Shown: one piece after another, positions 25,712 through 39,448 of the stretch
Numbering within the stretch: the stretch's first letter is position 1
Layout of the letters: the number at the start of each line of letters is the position of its first letter
Source: Eledone cirrhosa
Taxonomy: Eukaryota
Assembly (NCBI GenBank): GCA_964016885.1
Contig: CAXHJY010001517.1
Coordinates: forward strand, 1 to 64,000
Length of the DNA: 64,000 nt
Reading direction: 5' to 3'
Translations under genes and position numbers: made by a program
The notes under the pieces: generated by a model
Told to the model about the DNA's origin: nothing
The model's database searches: none
What the model saw: only the letters and a program-made list of their open reading frames with translations

Positions 25712-27272
25712 TGGTGGGCTCTTAGAAAACTAGGTGTTGATGAATGGCTTGTGAGAGCTATACAAGCCATGTATAAAGAAACAGTCAGCAAGGTTAGAAT
25801 TAACAACGAATATAGTGAAGAGTTTAGCGTAAAAGTTGGTGTTCATCAGGGCTCTGTTCTTAGCCCCCTACTATTTATTATTGCCCTTTAGGCTATAACA
25901 GTGGAGTTCAAGACCGGCTGCCCATGGGAACTCCTATACGCAGATGATCTAACGCTCATAGCTGAATCAATGGCCAAACTAGAGAAGAAATTCCAAACAT
26001 GGAAGCATGGCCTAGAATCAAAAGGCCTTAAAATTAACCTATCTAAGACTAAAGTTCTAGTTTGTAGGAAGGAAAATAGGGCACCGGTCCCATCCAGGAA
26101 ATGGCCATGCTCAGTGTGTAGGAAAGGAGTAGGTAGAAACTCCATTTTATGTCCCAAATGCAAAGTATGGGTGCATAAAAGATGTAGTGGGATCACAGGT
26201 AAGCTAACTAAGAACATAGATTTTATATGTGGCCAGTGCTCTGGTGCAATAAGTAGCAGCAAGTGCCCACAGAATACTAGCTCATTCCATTGCACAGATG
26301 GTTCTATAGAAATAGTGGACACCTTCCGTTACTTGGGTGACAAAATCAGCAGTGGGGGAGGGTGCTCTGAAAGTACAGTAGCTAGAGTCAGAACTGGATG
26401 GAAAAAGTTCAGAGAGCTAATACCACTATTAGCCGCTAAAGGGTTCTCTCTAAAAATGAAAGGCAGGCTGTATGATGCCTGCATACGAACAGCAATGTTA
26501 CATGGCAGTGAGACCTGGGCATTGTGTGCAGACGATATATGCAGACTGGAGAGGAACGAAGCTTGCATGCTCCGCTGGATGTGTAATAGTAATATACGTG
26601 AACGGCAAAGCATAAACGAACTAAGGGAAAAATTAGAAATAAGAGGGATCAGATGTTGTTTACTCGAGAGAAGACTACGTTGGTACGGTCACGTGAAAGA
26701 CGACAGCTGTATAAAAAAGTGCAGGGCAATAAAAATAGACGGTAGTCACAGAGTAGGCAGACCCAGAAAAAGCTGGGACGACTTGATAAATTCCGACCTC
26801 ACACACTTACACCTCTCCAAGACAATGTCACTGGACCGAGATCTTTGGCGCTACACAGTAATACAGAAGACCCACCTTACCTAAGTACAAAGTGAAACCT
26901 ACTAGTCAGTAGGCACCTCTAACAAAATACACCTCCGTCCCACTACCCCCACCCTATCCACACCACCCCTTTCAATGTAAAGTTATGTTGGTACCACAAC
27001 ATCCAGTCCGAAACAAATGAGGTCGTGTAGGTGTCACGACAAAAAAAACACACAGTCCACGCTGTAATGTGGCCGTGTAGGTAACACAGTAAAAACCTCC
27101 CAGTCCACACTGTAAACGTGGTTGGTGTTAGGAAGGACATCCAGCCGTAGAAAACCCGCCAGACAGTCCTATGCGAGCAAGACAACCACTCTTGCCTCAA
27201 GTGGGAAAACTCCCGTCCAAACCCATGCAAGCGTGGAAGATGGACGTTAAACGATGATGATGATGATGATGA
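25712..27272 (+). mobile_element. 5'-truncated RTE-clade LINE: RT domain (GVHQGSVLSP, YADD), PHD-like insert, 3' UTR and (GAT)n tail
   Basis: The frame reads WWALRKLGVDEWLV...GVHQGSVLSPLLF, has one stop at 25888-25890, then continues as ORF 25901-26884 (327 aa). Tail GGACGTTAAAC(GAT)n. Confidence 0.95.
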
Positions 27273-27609
27273 TTAACTATTATTATATATTATATTCAGA
27301 CAGTTGGATATCAAAAAGGTAAAATTTGAACTAAAAAATATGAAGCTTCCTTCTTTAGTTGAGAGAAGCAATTAGGTTAAAGAGTTCACAATCTGCAGAA
27401 TTCATTAACCCTTTTGATACCAACTGCCCAAAACTGCCTCTAGTTCTATGAAATAAAATCCCCCCTTTTAAAGGGTTCTTATCTAAATTAAAATTGCCCA
27501 ACATAATTTGATGTAAGAATTATTTATTAAGTTATATTATAAATATCATGTTAACAATGAAATAATAATTTTAGTAAATTTCTACAAATAATTAATTAAT
27601 TGAACTACA

Positions 27610-28072
27610 TTGTATCAAAGGTGGGGGTGTCTCCGATCAAGAAAACTACAAAAATGAGGCTATTCAAAGCAATGGTTGAGTCCATTGTCTTCTACAGATG
27701 TGAGTCATGGACACTGACAAAAACATTCACAAAGAAGATTAATTGCACATTCATCAGGATGCTGAGAAAGGTCCAGAACATATTCTGGAGAACACACATA
27801 CAAAAGAAATCGCTCTGACATCATAAGGCATAGGAGGTTCACAGTAACCGGACATGTGAAACGTTACAATGAACCTGCTAGCAGAGTTCTTTTCTGGAAA
27901 CCTGATGCATGCAGACTAGTTGGGAAACCAACCACTATACTGAAGGATGTTCTTGAAGATGACACCGGATTGGAGGCAGGGGAAATTCAGACGGCAATGT
28001 TAGACAGGGTGAGCTGAAGGAGGAACATCATCATGGCATCAACATCACCAGTAATGGATGTATAGAAGAAGA
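27610..28072 (+). mobile_element. Degenerate RTE-like LINE 3' fragment inserted in a piggyBac-type MITE (27409-28108)
   Basis: TKMRLFKAMVESIVFYRCESWTLT motif, ends in (GAA)n, flanked by the two MITE halves. Confidence 0.7.
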
Positions 28073-28484
28073 ACATTGTATCTTATTAGAAATATGGTAA
28101 TGAAAGTGTTAATGATTAATCAACTCTGTTGACTAATGACAGTCATTTGTCTTCTGGCTATACTCACAGGTAGAACTAAACTCAGTACTGTAAGCTAACA
28201 AGTCACTTCCCAATTTTACATCATTGTTACTGCTGTAACCAGAAAGTTGCTCGTACCTCTACAGTAGCTACTTAAAATTATGTGGAGTGGGTTATTTGAG
28301 ATCCAAGTATTTTAACCAAGAACAAAAACAAAACCTATTGTTCTGACAACAGGATATTAGTGACCTCTTGACAAGTTGTCCGTTACTCCACTGACTCTAC
28401 AATCTACACTCTTAATCTATGGCTTACTGCATAAAATACTACAAACAATGTAGTCAGGCAGTCTACTGTCTACATAAAAACATG

Positions 28485-28915
28485 GATGCAGGTGTGGCTG
28501 AGAGATTAAGATGTTAGTTTCGCAATTATGAGGCTCCAGGTATGATCCTACTACGTAACATCTTGGGCATCTTTACCATAGTCTTAGGCGGACACAAGCC
28601 TTGTGAGAGAAATTAGGTAGATAGTAACTGTATGGAAATCTGTTGGCTGGACTGTGCCTAGAATTCAAAGATCTAGTCTTGTTACATATTTTTTCATGCT
28701 GATACTACTGATACATGTATAAGGGGAACACTCAACCATTTACACTATAATATGAGATATGTAATTCAAAGGTCCAGCCTTGTTACACAAAGTGTCATGC
28801 TGCATCAGCATGAGAATTATGTTAAGGGTACACGTGTCTGTGAAATGCACAACAACTTAAATGTTAATTCAAGAATTAGATGTTCAGTTGATTGAACTAC
28901 TGAATATTCAATAGT
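28485..28915 (+). mobile_element. Older tRNA-headed SINE, family C
   Basis: GCAGGTGTGGCTG head, CTTGGGCA core, tail shared with 20110-20440 and 37345-37631. Confidence 0.55.
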
Positions 28916-28917
28916 GT

Positions 28918-29608
28918 AAGACAGTAGTGCTGGTGCTACAATAAAATGTTCCTAGTCCACATTGTATAATGATAGTGCTGGTGCCATGATAAAAAGCAAT
29001 CAGTATGCATCATAAGGGAGTAGTGCTTGTGCCAAGATGAAAAGATCCCAGTCCACCCTGTAAGGCAGTAGTGTGGTTTCCACAATTAAATGCATCCAGT
29101 CTGTACTGTAAGGCAGTAGTTCTGGTGCAATGATAAAAAAGCACCCAGTCTGTAGTGTAAGGCAGTAGTGCAGGAGGTGCCAAGATAAAAAGCTCCCAGT
29201 ATGCACTGTAATGTGGTTGTATTGGTGTCATGATAAAAAAAAACCAATCCGCACTGTAAGGCAGTAATGCTGGTGCCATTATAAAAAGCACCCAAATCTG
29301 CACTGTAAGGCGGTAATGTTGGTGCCATTATAAAAGTACAGAGTTTGCACCTAGTCTGCACTGTAAGATGGCAATACTAGTGCTATGATAAAAAGCACCC
29401 AGTCTGCTCTATAAGGTAGTAGTGCTGGTGTCACAATAAAAAGCACAAGTACATGATAAAATGCTACCAGTACATGCTGAAATGTGGTTGACATTAAGAA
29501 AGGAAACCAAGCCAAAAATGGAGAGCATGGCCACCTGACTTGTTTGGCCTTAGATAACCCATGTAATCCATCCAAGCACAGAAAATAGACAAAAGGTGAT
29601 GATGATGA
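28918..29608 (+). repeat. Diverged ~49-bp array (about 11 units) followed by an RTE-type 3' tail
   Basis: Units CTGTAAGGCAGTAGTGCTGGTGCCATGATAAAAAGCACCCAGTCTGCA, then GTGGTTGACATTAAGAAAGG...(GAT)n. Confidence 0.8.
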
Positions 29609-32425
29609 GAGAAGGTTCAATGCATTTCTTTTCTAAGCTATTAAACAGAAGACCAGGATTATTGTTAGGGGTTAGTCAATGAAATCAACCCCAATACTTA
29701 ACTGATGCTTTTACTGACCTGGAAGGATGAAAGGTAAATTTGACCTTGGTGGAATTTGAACCCAGAATGTAAAGAGCTGGAACAAATACCACAAGACTAA
29801 CGATTCTGCAAATAATGCAAACATATCAGGAAGGCTTAATAGAAAGCTAAACATCAACAAATTTATCTCATGAATAGTTGTTGTTTAGCCATAGGTCAAT
29901 ATCCATCGTGTAAAGATTGGTTGGTTGGACATGTGTAGAAACACATGACCAACCAATCTTTTTATCAGGCAGTGCAGCTCAGTCTATACAATCTGTTGTG
30001 TTCTTTTCTTTAATAAAGAGTAGTTTGAGGGAGATTTAGCTGTTATTTCTAGCATATTGAGCGACCACATGAAGGTGCTATCATTGGCTCATTGAATATA
30101 GTTTGAATGGTGCTGTAGTATTTATAAAACAAAGCTAAAGATGCAGTTTCTACCCATAAAAACCAAATATAGATTTCATATAGCAACAATATAAAAGAAA
30201 GCCGAGATACATAACATCAATAACAACTGGGAATAAAAGAAACAAGTTTGGACAAGTCATAAAAAACAATAAGGTGGAAAACTTTGCCTGAATTTCTGAA
30301 GTGTAGAATTATCATTATTATAAATCGATTTATTTCAACTACTGCTTATTTCCTTAATTCTTAACATCACATATTGATTAAGCAGAAAACATCTAAAAAC
30401 GGGTTTTTTAATTCAAATGTTTATAGTATCTTTACTGGTGGATAGATCATTACAAAATTTGCAGTAAACAAAAGTAAAGACTTTAGTTTTTAATGTGATG
30501 CAGTCATAGTGCTGTTTTGTACTTTTCAAGACTGTCCATGTTGGTGTGGCTACATATGGTACATGACATTAAAAGTAAAAGAAATCAGCAGATCGGACAA
30601 AGGAAGCAATGTTTCCATTAGTCTTATCATTGCTGACACTATCGGTTACAACTCCCAATAAAAATGTGACTGCTTTTCCTGTGAAAGTAAGCAAGATTTG
30701 AGCTTAGAACACACAGTACCGGAACATAAAGCAATCCACCAGTCAACTCCCCACCCCTGGATTTGTACTTTATTGACCCTGAAAGGATGAAAGACAAAGT
30801 TGACTTTGGTAGGGCATGAACACGGAGAACCAGTACAATTACCATGCTATTTAATCTGATGTGCTAACAACTGTCAATCTGTTGCTTAGGTTGAGAGCTC
30901 CTAAATTTATAATCTTCAACATCATCATTTGACATCCATTTAATCGGAGCCAGCAATCTATTAGATGGGCCAGGACTTCATCTTGCTTATATACATTCCC
31001 ATCATACTCTACAGAATGTGCTGTGCATTTTATATAGGCACCAACACTAAGGGAGTTGTCATATGGTTGACACAACTGAAGAGTCTTCCAAAACCTTTGT
31101 TTGGCAAGTTTTCTATGGCTGGTGTCACCAACCACTATACAGATAGCAATGAGTGTGTTTTATTGTCCCCAACACTAGAGAGATTGTTGTGCTTTTGACA
31201 CAACGAAAGAGTTCTCTCAACCTTTTTTTGGCATGGTTTCTACAGTTTGATGCTCTTCTTAACACTAACCACTTTACATGGTGTACTGGATATGTTTTAT
31301 TGTGGTACCAGCACTAGAGCAGTTGTCAGTCATTGATTCAACTGAAGAGCCCTCCAGAGGCCATGGAGGAGGGGATAGAATGGGAGCATATCATAGACAG
31401 AGTTCAATCTCTGGGTTAATGTATCAATATATATATATTCTAGTTTAAGTGAAACAAGCAAACAATGACAGAAACAATTAATAAAAGGATATTCTGGATA
31501 AGAACAATGGGATCAGAATAATCTACTCCCATGGTTTGAGAAAAGGGTGCAATTTTAAATTTCTAGAACATTACCATATATGACAGGAACCTGAGGAAGG
31601 ATGGAAGGTAAAATGAATGAAATATTGTGATTGTGACAACTAGAGGAATAAATCAGTTTACAGAACAACTGGGGATATCATGACTATCATTATCATCATC
31701 ATCTCTGTTTTACATTTATTTTCCATGCTTGTGTGGGTTACATTCTGAGGTTAAACAGGTCAGATGACTGCGTCTCACTCATACATTCCATTTTGGCATG
31801 GTTTCTATGTCTGGATGCCCTTCCTAATGCCAACAACTTCATGACATATCCTGGGTGCATTTTATCATAGCCCCAGCACTACCACTTTACAGTGTTGGCC
31901 GTGTGCATTTTATCATGACACAAGTACTTTACAGAGTGGATGGTGTGTATTTTATTGTTACCCTAGCACTACCACTTTACAGTGTGGGCTGAATGCACTT
32001 CCATATTTTAACATTTGGCCACTTGTATCCTCAGCCATGCTGCGAGAGCAGTGATAGGGAGTGGGTTGGTAATGAGAGTATTGGCTACCAATTATTTGTC
32101 TAGTGGGGGAGGCCTATTAAGGGGCAATATTGCAGGGTACATGGTTGGATGAGGAGTTAGGAATTCAGGAATAAATTTGTGGGGAAGATAGGGGTAAGTG
32201 TTGGATCGTAGGGGTGGTCTTGTACATTGTCGATGTGTTTCAATTAATTTTGAAAATTATCAAAAATTTGAACATTTTCGTTGTTAGGTTGGTTTGTGGA
32301 ACACATTAACAAAAGGTTTTTACATAAAATTATGGTGAAAGATTTTGATTTAAATATAAGACATTTTTTATAATAAAACCAAGGATAGTCTTGAGTGGTT
32401 TGGTATCAAAAGAGTTAATACTTAC

Positions 32426-32505
32426 GCTTTGTCACCAGATCGATTGACAATCACAAGGTATTTAGAGATCTTTTTACCATTATCAACAAGTCCAGCTCGA
32501 ACACT
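32426..32505 (-). CDS. INPP5B: INPP5B/OCRL-like coding exon 2 (SVRAGLVDNGKKISKYLVIVNRSGDKA), PH domain
   Basis: 80 nt, acceptor ...cacag, donor gtaagt, phase 0 to 2, open frame that fits both neighbouring exons. Confidence 0.9.
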
Positions 32506-33049
32506 CTGTGTAATTTGGATAAGGAAATTATTTGAAATTCTCAACAGGTAAAAAAAGAAAACGAAAAAAAAAACAGTGGATATAATTTTTTTTTTTAAAT
32601 CACTTCATGAGTATGATAAGGCAGAAAATTGGTAGAGTCATTAGAACATTGGATAGAATTCTTTGTGGTATTTGTTCCAGCTTTCTGAGTTCAGATCCTG
32701 CCAAGGTCAACTTTGCATTTCTTCCACTTGAGGTTGATTCTTCTTCTATATCTCATCTCACTTCCATTCTCTCACTCTGTATCCTTCTCTGGAAGATATC
32801 TGCTGTATTCAGACCTGAAAAGGTGATGGGCACTGCCAGGTTTAAAAAATGCCCTAGAAATGCTGTATGTTAATATGTATGAGTATGATCATTATAATGT
32901 TGAACTGACACACTAAATAAAGTACAACACAACAATAGCAAGTGTTTTAAGGCCAACTTTTCTGCTAAAGCAAGAGTTAGACTTGTAGGCATATGATAAT
33001 CTCCATTTTGCACTACTGGTGGCATCCTACCCTCACCAACTCCATGATT

Positions 33050-33385
33050 TTCATTTCCTCCTGCATCATGATTAGTCATGTCTTTCTTGGTCTTCCCCTT
33101 CCTTTATTTTCTTCCATATTCATTTCCATCACTTCCTCTCACCCAATCACTTTCATCCTTCCTCAACACACAACCTAATCCTCTCATTCCAATCATCCTC
33201 TGCAAATCAGTGTTTGTTTTCTTGAGCAATACTCCACTCATCCTCTCAACCATTCTTTCCATCCTATTTTCCTGCTCTACATTCATCACCCATGTCTTTT
33301 TCCCATAAATCCCAGCACTTTTCACACATGCAGTATACACCTTTCATCTTAGTCTTAGTGACACTCCCCTCCTCATTAGCAGGAT
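33050..33385 (-). mobile_element. Degenerate RTE LINE fragment
   Basis: MYTACVKSAGIYGKKTWVMN...RMER, homologous to the RTE C-terminal region. Confidence 0.65.
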
Positions 33386-35051
33386 GAGTGAAAGTCATTA
33401 GAAAAAAATCTCAGAACTATACCAATAATCAAACAAAATAATAATCACAATGTCAGACACCTCCCACTTGCTCCAAGGCTACACCCATTTTCCCCAAAGT
33501 GAGTTTTCCCACCCAAGTAGCATATACACTGTACCCCTCCTTCATTTAGGCCAACAAGGCACATTCCACAATATGTCAGACACCATCCACTTGCTTCCAG
33601 ATCACCTTCATAACCTGATACTTTCTCCTCCACAGTAGGATGTTTGTATCCTCTTCCCTCAGCAAGTACCATATAGCATGCCCCACTCTCATTTATACAC
33701 CCAGCCCCAACAGTACCCCCCCCCCCCCATTCAGACTAAGGACACTGAGCACCTGTATAATAATAGTTTAGGTAGTGATGAAAATGCTATGATGAAGATC
33801 CTCCAGTCCACCCTGTAAGGTAGTTGTGCTAGAGTCATGATAAAATGTTCCCTGTACACACCGTTAAGTGGTTGGCATTAATAAGGACATCCAGTCATAG
33901 AAACCAAGTCAAAAGGGAGCAAGCAGGATGTGGTCACATAACTGATATGGCCTTAGTATAAGGCAACTCATCTAACCCATACAGGAATGGAAAATAGATA
34001 TTAAATGGTGATGATGAAATAAAATGATTAGAAAAAAATACAATATATATAAGTATAAGACCCATGCTAGTGTGAAAGTTAGACATTAAACGATGATGAT
34101 GATGATGAAGAATTACATATATTATCAACTAAGTAATGGAAGTGGAAGGAACCTGGGAAAAAAGAAGACCAAGAAAGATATCAGAAGTGATGACAGCTGA
34201 TCTCTAGAGGCTGAAACTCACAAAGGAGAGGATAAAGTGTCACAATAGGTAGTGGTATACTGTGCTGAAGAAGATCTATCTATACAAGAATGGAAAAATG
34301 ATGATGATGATGATGGCGGTGATGATTGAGAAAATATGGAAAAATATTCATATAATGATATATTAGATATGAACAGATAAAAATCTCTCAAAGGAATTTA
34401 GGAATTAAAACTACATTGCCATATTGCTTTCTTGTATAAATAGATTCATAAAAATGAAACAAAACAGGATGGATGAAGACACAAATAGAAATAAATAAGA
34501 AAAAGAACAGGGTGCTATAAATAATTTTCATATAACAACCAGGCAACTATTGTAAAATATTTGTAATTAGAGAATAAAAACAATGATGAATTGGAATTGT
34601 ATATGGTAATAACAGAACATTATTTCATTTTAAAATAATTCAGAGAAATGTGGAAATAATTTAATATTTTGGGACTATTTTTCATCTTTCCTTTTTGTAA
34701 TCTTTCTATGTTTTATACTACATTTTGATTGACCCAGTTGTCTTTAAGTACTTTACTTCTACATATATACATATCTCTTAGCTGGGTTGGAATTTGACCA
34801 CCATAAGAAAGTATGAGGAAATAAATGTAACATGATTGATAATGGGACTGCAAAATGTTTATTAGCTTTTTAAAAACCTGTACTGCATAAAACTACAATA
34901 ACAAAACATACTTAAAAATTACAAAACAGTATTATGACTGCACAACATTAAAAACTCAAGTCTTTACAATAATTTTCATAAGGATGTTATGAGTTAAGAG
35001 CATTTGAATCCAGTGTTAAATGTTTATTCTATCATGGGATATCCTGTTTAA

Positions 35052-35264
35052 CCAGTTAGCATTTATTTAAACTGGCCAGAATTCTCTCACCTCTTTCTGT
35101 TCAAACCGACTGCAATGCTGCCCATACTGATGTTAAGGTATTGTTCTCAAAATAAATAATATCACAATTTCATAGATTCGATATTATGTGAGATAATTAT
35201 GCAAGATAAAGCCTTTACTGCAGAATTACAATAGTAAATATAGAGTAATGTAAATGCTAAAGGG
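35052..35264. mobile_element. piggyBac-type MITE family 1
   Basis: TTAA flanks, right TIR AAATGCTAAAGGG, internal homology to other copies. Confidence 0.8.
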
Positions 35265-36009
35265 TTAAATAAATCTAAGGGGGACAGGAAGACCCTGGTA
35301 CTGATCTGCCTGAGAGTGCCCCTGGTTCTATGATACAAAACCTCACATTTTAAACTTTTATTTAAATTAGAACATTCTATCATAATTTTGTACAGGAACC
35401 ATTTATTATGTTCCAAATATCTTATATAAATAGTCAGTTGTTTTTCTAAATGTTTTCAAATTCGTTATCATTTAAAGGAAAAAAATAATTGCAATAGTGT
35501 ATTTCACTAGACATGTGGTAATGAAAAGGTTAAAAAAGAGATAAGGAGAGAGAGAGATAGCAATCTCAAATTTTCTTTTCAAATAATCGTATCATTGTAG
35601 TACATTGTTAAGATATCTAAGGTCAAATATGTTCTCAGGTAGCTGACAAATATATCTTGGAAAGAAGAGATAAGAGATTATATAACTGAAACTATATTCA
35701 ACAATGTGCATAGTCAAAGCCCAGATAATGTAATCCTACTGTATAGTGCCCATACAAACCAAACTGTTGTTGCAAGATGTCCCTTTACCTCTAGCAGTCG
35801 TCTTCAACTGAATAATGAAGCTTTCATCGAATTGGTAACCATATTAACTCTTACCATCCTATACCAAATGAAACTACATTAGCAAGATGTTCTTGAAAGG
35901 TACAAAACAGTGTTATGACAGTGTCGTTATTATTTTATGTGTCCCCTAATGCTTGCATTAAAAATTGTCTTTACTTTCATACAGCAACTTTGCCTAGGCA
36001 ATATAATTA

Positions 36010-36765
36010 GCAATGGGGGGGAAATTGAGTGAAAGTGTGATAGCCAGGATCAGAACAAGCTGGAAGAAGTTTAGAGAGATAGAAAGAAATGAAATGAGTA
36101 TGCTTCAATGGACGTGTAATGTTAAGCATAAGCAAACTGAAAGAAAATCTTGGCATAAGAGGAATTGGATCTAGTCTGCAAGAGAGAAGACTGTGTTGGT
36201 ATGGGCATATGATACATATAAAAGATGACAGCTATATAAAGAAATGCAGAGAAATCTCCATGAAAATTTGGGATGAGGCAGTGAAGACTGACCTTAAGCT
36301 GAACCTCACAATAGAGATGACATGCTATACTGGAGAAGACCTGCCTACCAGCATAAAATGTGACCTGACCGATCCCCAAGACCCCTCTTCACTAGTACTC
36401 CTTAGCTATTTTCATTATCACTACAGCCCCCTCTACAATTCTCAGTAGCTATCCTCACCATCACTGTATACCCCATTCATGCCCTCTTGACAATCACTCT
36501 ATAGGTATTCTCACCATCACTGCCCAACTCCTAACATCCGGACATACCAGCACTATCAGATATCACCCCCACTTCTACTCATTACCCAGTTAAATCCCAC
36601 CACACTTATCATACACCCATAATATCACATTTATCTTCCTTTCTCTAATAGAGTAGAGAGGGTTCCTTAGTTGAGACAATGACCGACAACCTGGTGCTAC
36701 GAAAATGCACCCAGTACATACTGTAAGGTACTTGGCATTAGGAAGGACACTGTAGAAACCTTGTC
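36010..36765 (+). mobile_element. Degenerate RTE LINE 3' fragment
   Basis: RIRTSWKKFRE...LGIRGI...ERRLCWYGHM remnants, then a 3' UTR-like tail. Confidence 0.75.
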
Positions 36766-36912
36766 AACCTGAAGAAGCTAGGAGAGGTTACAAACTGAAA
36801 CTGCCTGAGTTCGCAGTCAGACTTCTACCTCAATAATATAGCAACTCTGCATCTCATCATACAACTAGTACTACTTTGATTTGAGGTTTTCCCAGTCTTT
36901 GTACTGCAAACA

Positions 36913-36954
<42 letters not shown>

Positions 36955-37344
36955 TCATTTTATGCCTGCTTTTCTTTGCTTGCAAGGGTGACTCACACAC
37001 ACACACACACACACATATTTGATTTCAATATTTCCAGTAGAGGTTGCTTTTGCTGCTATTGTTATATACTTGTTCTTCAGAGCTTATCACTTTATAACCT
37101 ACATCCTGCTTTCCGCTTTCTGAACAGCTTTACAGTGGCACCTTGACAACTAGTACCTTCTGTAATCAATTCAATATCTTATTATCACTTGATTTATCCA
37201 GGAAATGAGATCTAAATTTAACTGGTCTTACCAATGTTGATAGCTGTTGACAAATATACAGATATTTCTAAGAATATTTACTCACCTAATCACCAACCTA
37301 GCTTCATATTTACCTCCAGCAATCTAACAATAGGACTAGACTTG

Positions 37345-37631
37345 TCAATGGATGCAGTTTTCACGCTGAGCATTCAATCGTTTGACTTGTGAATTAAAGG
37401 TTAAGTGGTTGAGTATTCCACAGCCATATGTATCCTTAATGTAATTCCCAAGCTGAATCAGCATGACAATGTGTGACACGGCTGGACCTCTGAATGCAGG
37501 TACAGTCTGTATGATGGGCTTCCAAATAGTTGCCAAATACCGTTTTATTCACAAGTCGTTGCACCATGGAATTGAACCCGAGACCTCATGATTGCAAAGC
37601 AAACAATTTAACCACTCTGCCATACCTGCTT
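37345..37631 (-). mobile_element. tRNA-headed SINE (family C), interrupted at its 5' end by a LINE
   Basis: Minus strand reads TGGCAGAGTGGTTAA...GGGTTCAATTCC (A and B boxes). Confidence 0.7.
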
Positions 37632-38496
37632 TGTTTCTCTTTGCCATAGCCATTGACTGGGTACTAAGAAGAGCGTCTAAAGACCAAGGTATATCTTGGG
37701 TGGGAGAGCAAAAGTTGTCTGACCTGGACTTTGCGGACGATATTGCTGCACTTGCAGAGAGCACAGCTGACCTGCAAATCATTGTGAACAATATCAATGT
37801 CGAAGCAGGAAGCTTAGGTCTCAATATCAGTGCCAAGAAGACCAAAACCATGTTATCTGGGACACACCCACCACCAACCAGTGTCTTCATTGAACAGGGG
37901 GAGGTGGAGATAGTGGATAACTTCACCTACCTAGGAAGCTCCATTGACAATGGAGGCGCCATGGACAGTGAACTGCAATGTAGAATGGGAAAAGCTTCAG
38001 CAGCATTTAACCAGCTTGACAAGATCTGGAGGAGCAGGAAGTTCACCCTCAAAACAAAGATGAGATTCTACAACATCAACGTGCTGTCCACACTCTTGTA
38101 CGGAAGTGAAACATGGCACCTTAAGACCAGCCAAGAGAAGAAGTTGGACGCATTCGATTCCAGATGTCTGCAAAAGATCCTGGAGATTAAATGGAGTGAC
38201 CATGTAACAAACCAGGAAGTCAGGAACCGCACCAACCAGCAGCTAGTCTCTTCTACCATCTGCAAGCGACGCCTGGGCTAGTTTGGACACGCTTTGAGAC
38301 TTCCCCCGGAGAGACTGGCGAACCAAGTACTTAAATGAAGCCCGCAGGGAAGCAGATGGAGAGGGCGACCCAAAATGAACTGGCACCAGACAAACAGACA
38401 ATGGCGGGACGCTGTGCAACTGGCTGCTGACCGAACGCGATGGAACACTATGATTGCCTCATGCGTCGCAAGATGCGGGAGCTTCTGAGTCTGAGT
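37632..38496 (+). mobile_element. 5'-truncated RTE/RTEX-like LINE of a second family with 11-bp TSD
   Basis: ORF with LSDLDFADD...FTYLGS...LLYGSETW...GRP; (CTGAGT)2 tail; TSD CATACCTGCTT at 37621-37631 and 38497-38507. Confidence 0.92.
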
Positions 38497-38866
38497 CATA
38501 CCTGCTTCCACAAATACATCAATGTACAAATATACAGCGCACCCACCTAAAATTTTGCATATATTTATAAATGCACACATCTATAAATGAACAAACACAC
38601 ATACAAATAAGTATAATCATATATGCTGAAAGGCAAATTCATTCAAGAAATATTTTGAAAGAAGTCTTAGTATCTTTTGATACCAAACTGCCTGGTTCTA
38701 TAATAAAATGAAGCTTCTTTTTTTAAAGTGTTTGTATTTATCTAAAAAATTAACATCATAATTTTATTTAAGAACCATTAACTTAATAAGAAAGTTATGT
38801 TGGTAAATCCCTCCAATTATTGATTATTTTCAAAATAATTTGAAAGCCAGTGTATTTTATTAAATA

Positions 38867-39428
38867 CTAGCAGTGGTACCCGGCGTTGCACGGGATAAGG
38901 TATTGTGAAATATATAACCGCCTTAGCTAAGCTTAATATTGCCACAACCACGGCTGGCAAAGAAGTAAGGGGCTGGTGGTACATAAGTAAGCAACATTGT
39001 GGCTTAAAACGTGAGGAAGAAGTTGCGCGCACTTACCAACTGTTTGGGGAATGAGTGTGAGATTTGTCTTGAGCAAGGGTAGCCGAATAACCGGAGGCAG
39101 CAGACAGCCAGACATACAGACATATTATAAGGGCGTGTTCTGGACGCAGAGCGAATTGTAGGAAGTGACGTAATGCAGACAGCCAGACATGCAGACAGAT
39201 ATTATAAGGGCGTGACTGTTATATGTATCTATCTAAAAAGAGAAAGACTGAGAATTATAGAGAGAGATCACTAAATCGCCTAATGCGATCCCTAGGGCAC
39301 TGAAAATTTGAGTTTTTTTTGCTCAGAACGCTCCCTGAAACATAAGTTGTAAAGTTTAAAAACAGTCGGTTGGGTGGTTCTCTAGTTTTAGAGATTCAAA
39401 CTCACACACACACAGACAGATATATAGA
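38867..39428 (-). mobile_element. Non-autonomous Helitron inserted in a piggyBac-type MITE
   Basis: Minus strand reads A|TCTATA...hairpin CCCGTGCAACGCCGGG...CTAG|T. Internal CAGA microsatellite. The host MITE rejoins across it. Confidence 0.85.
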
Positions 39429-39448
39429 TAAGGTAATGAAAGGGTTAA

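Noticed and set aside
25901-26884. 327-aa ORF as a host gene or active LINE
   Set aside because: It is a 5'-truncated retrotransposon lacking the endonuclease, with an upstream in-frame stop.
31585-31650. Further CTGANGA...GAAA pairs (also minus strand near 37030-37085)
   Set aside because: No convincing stem I, II or III pairing, so not called as hammerheads.
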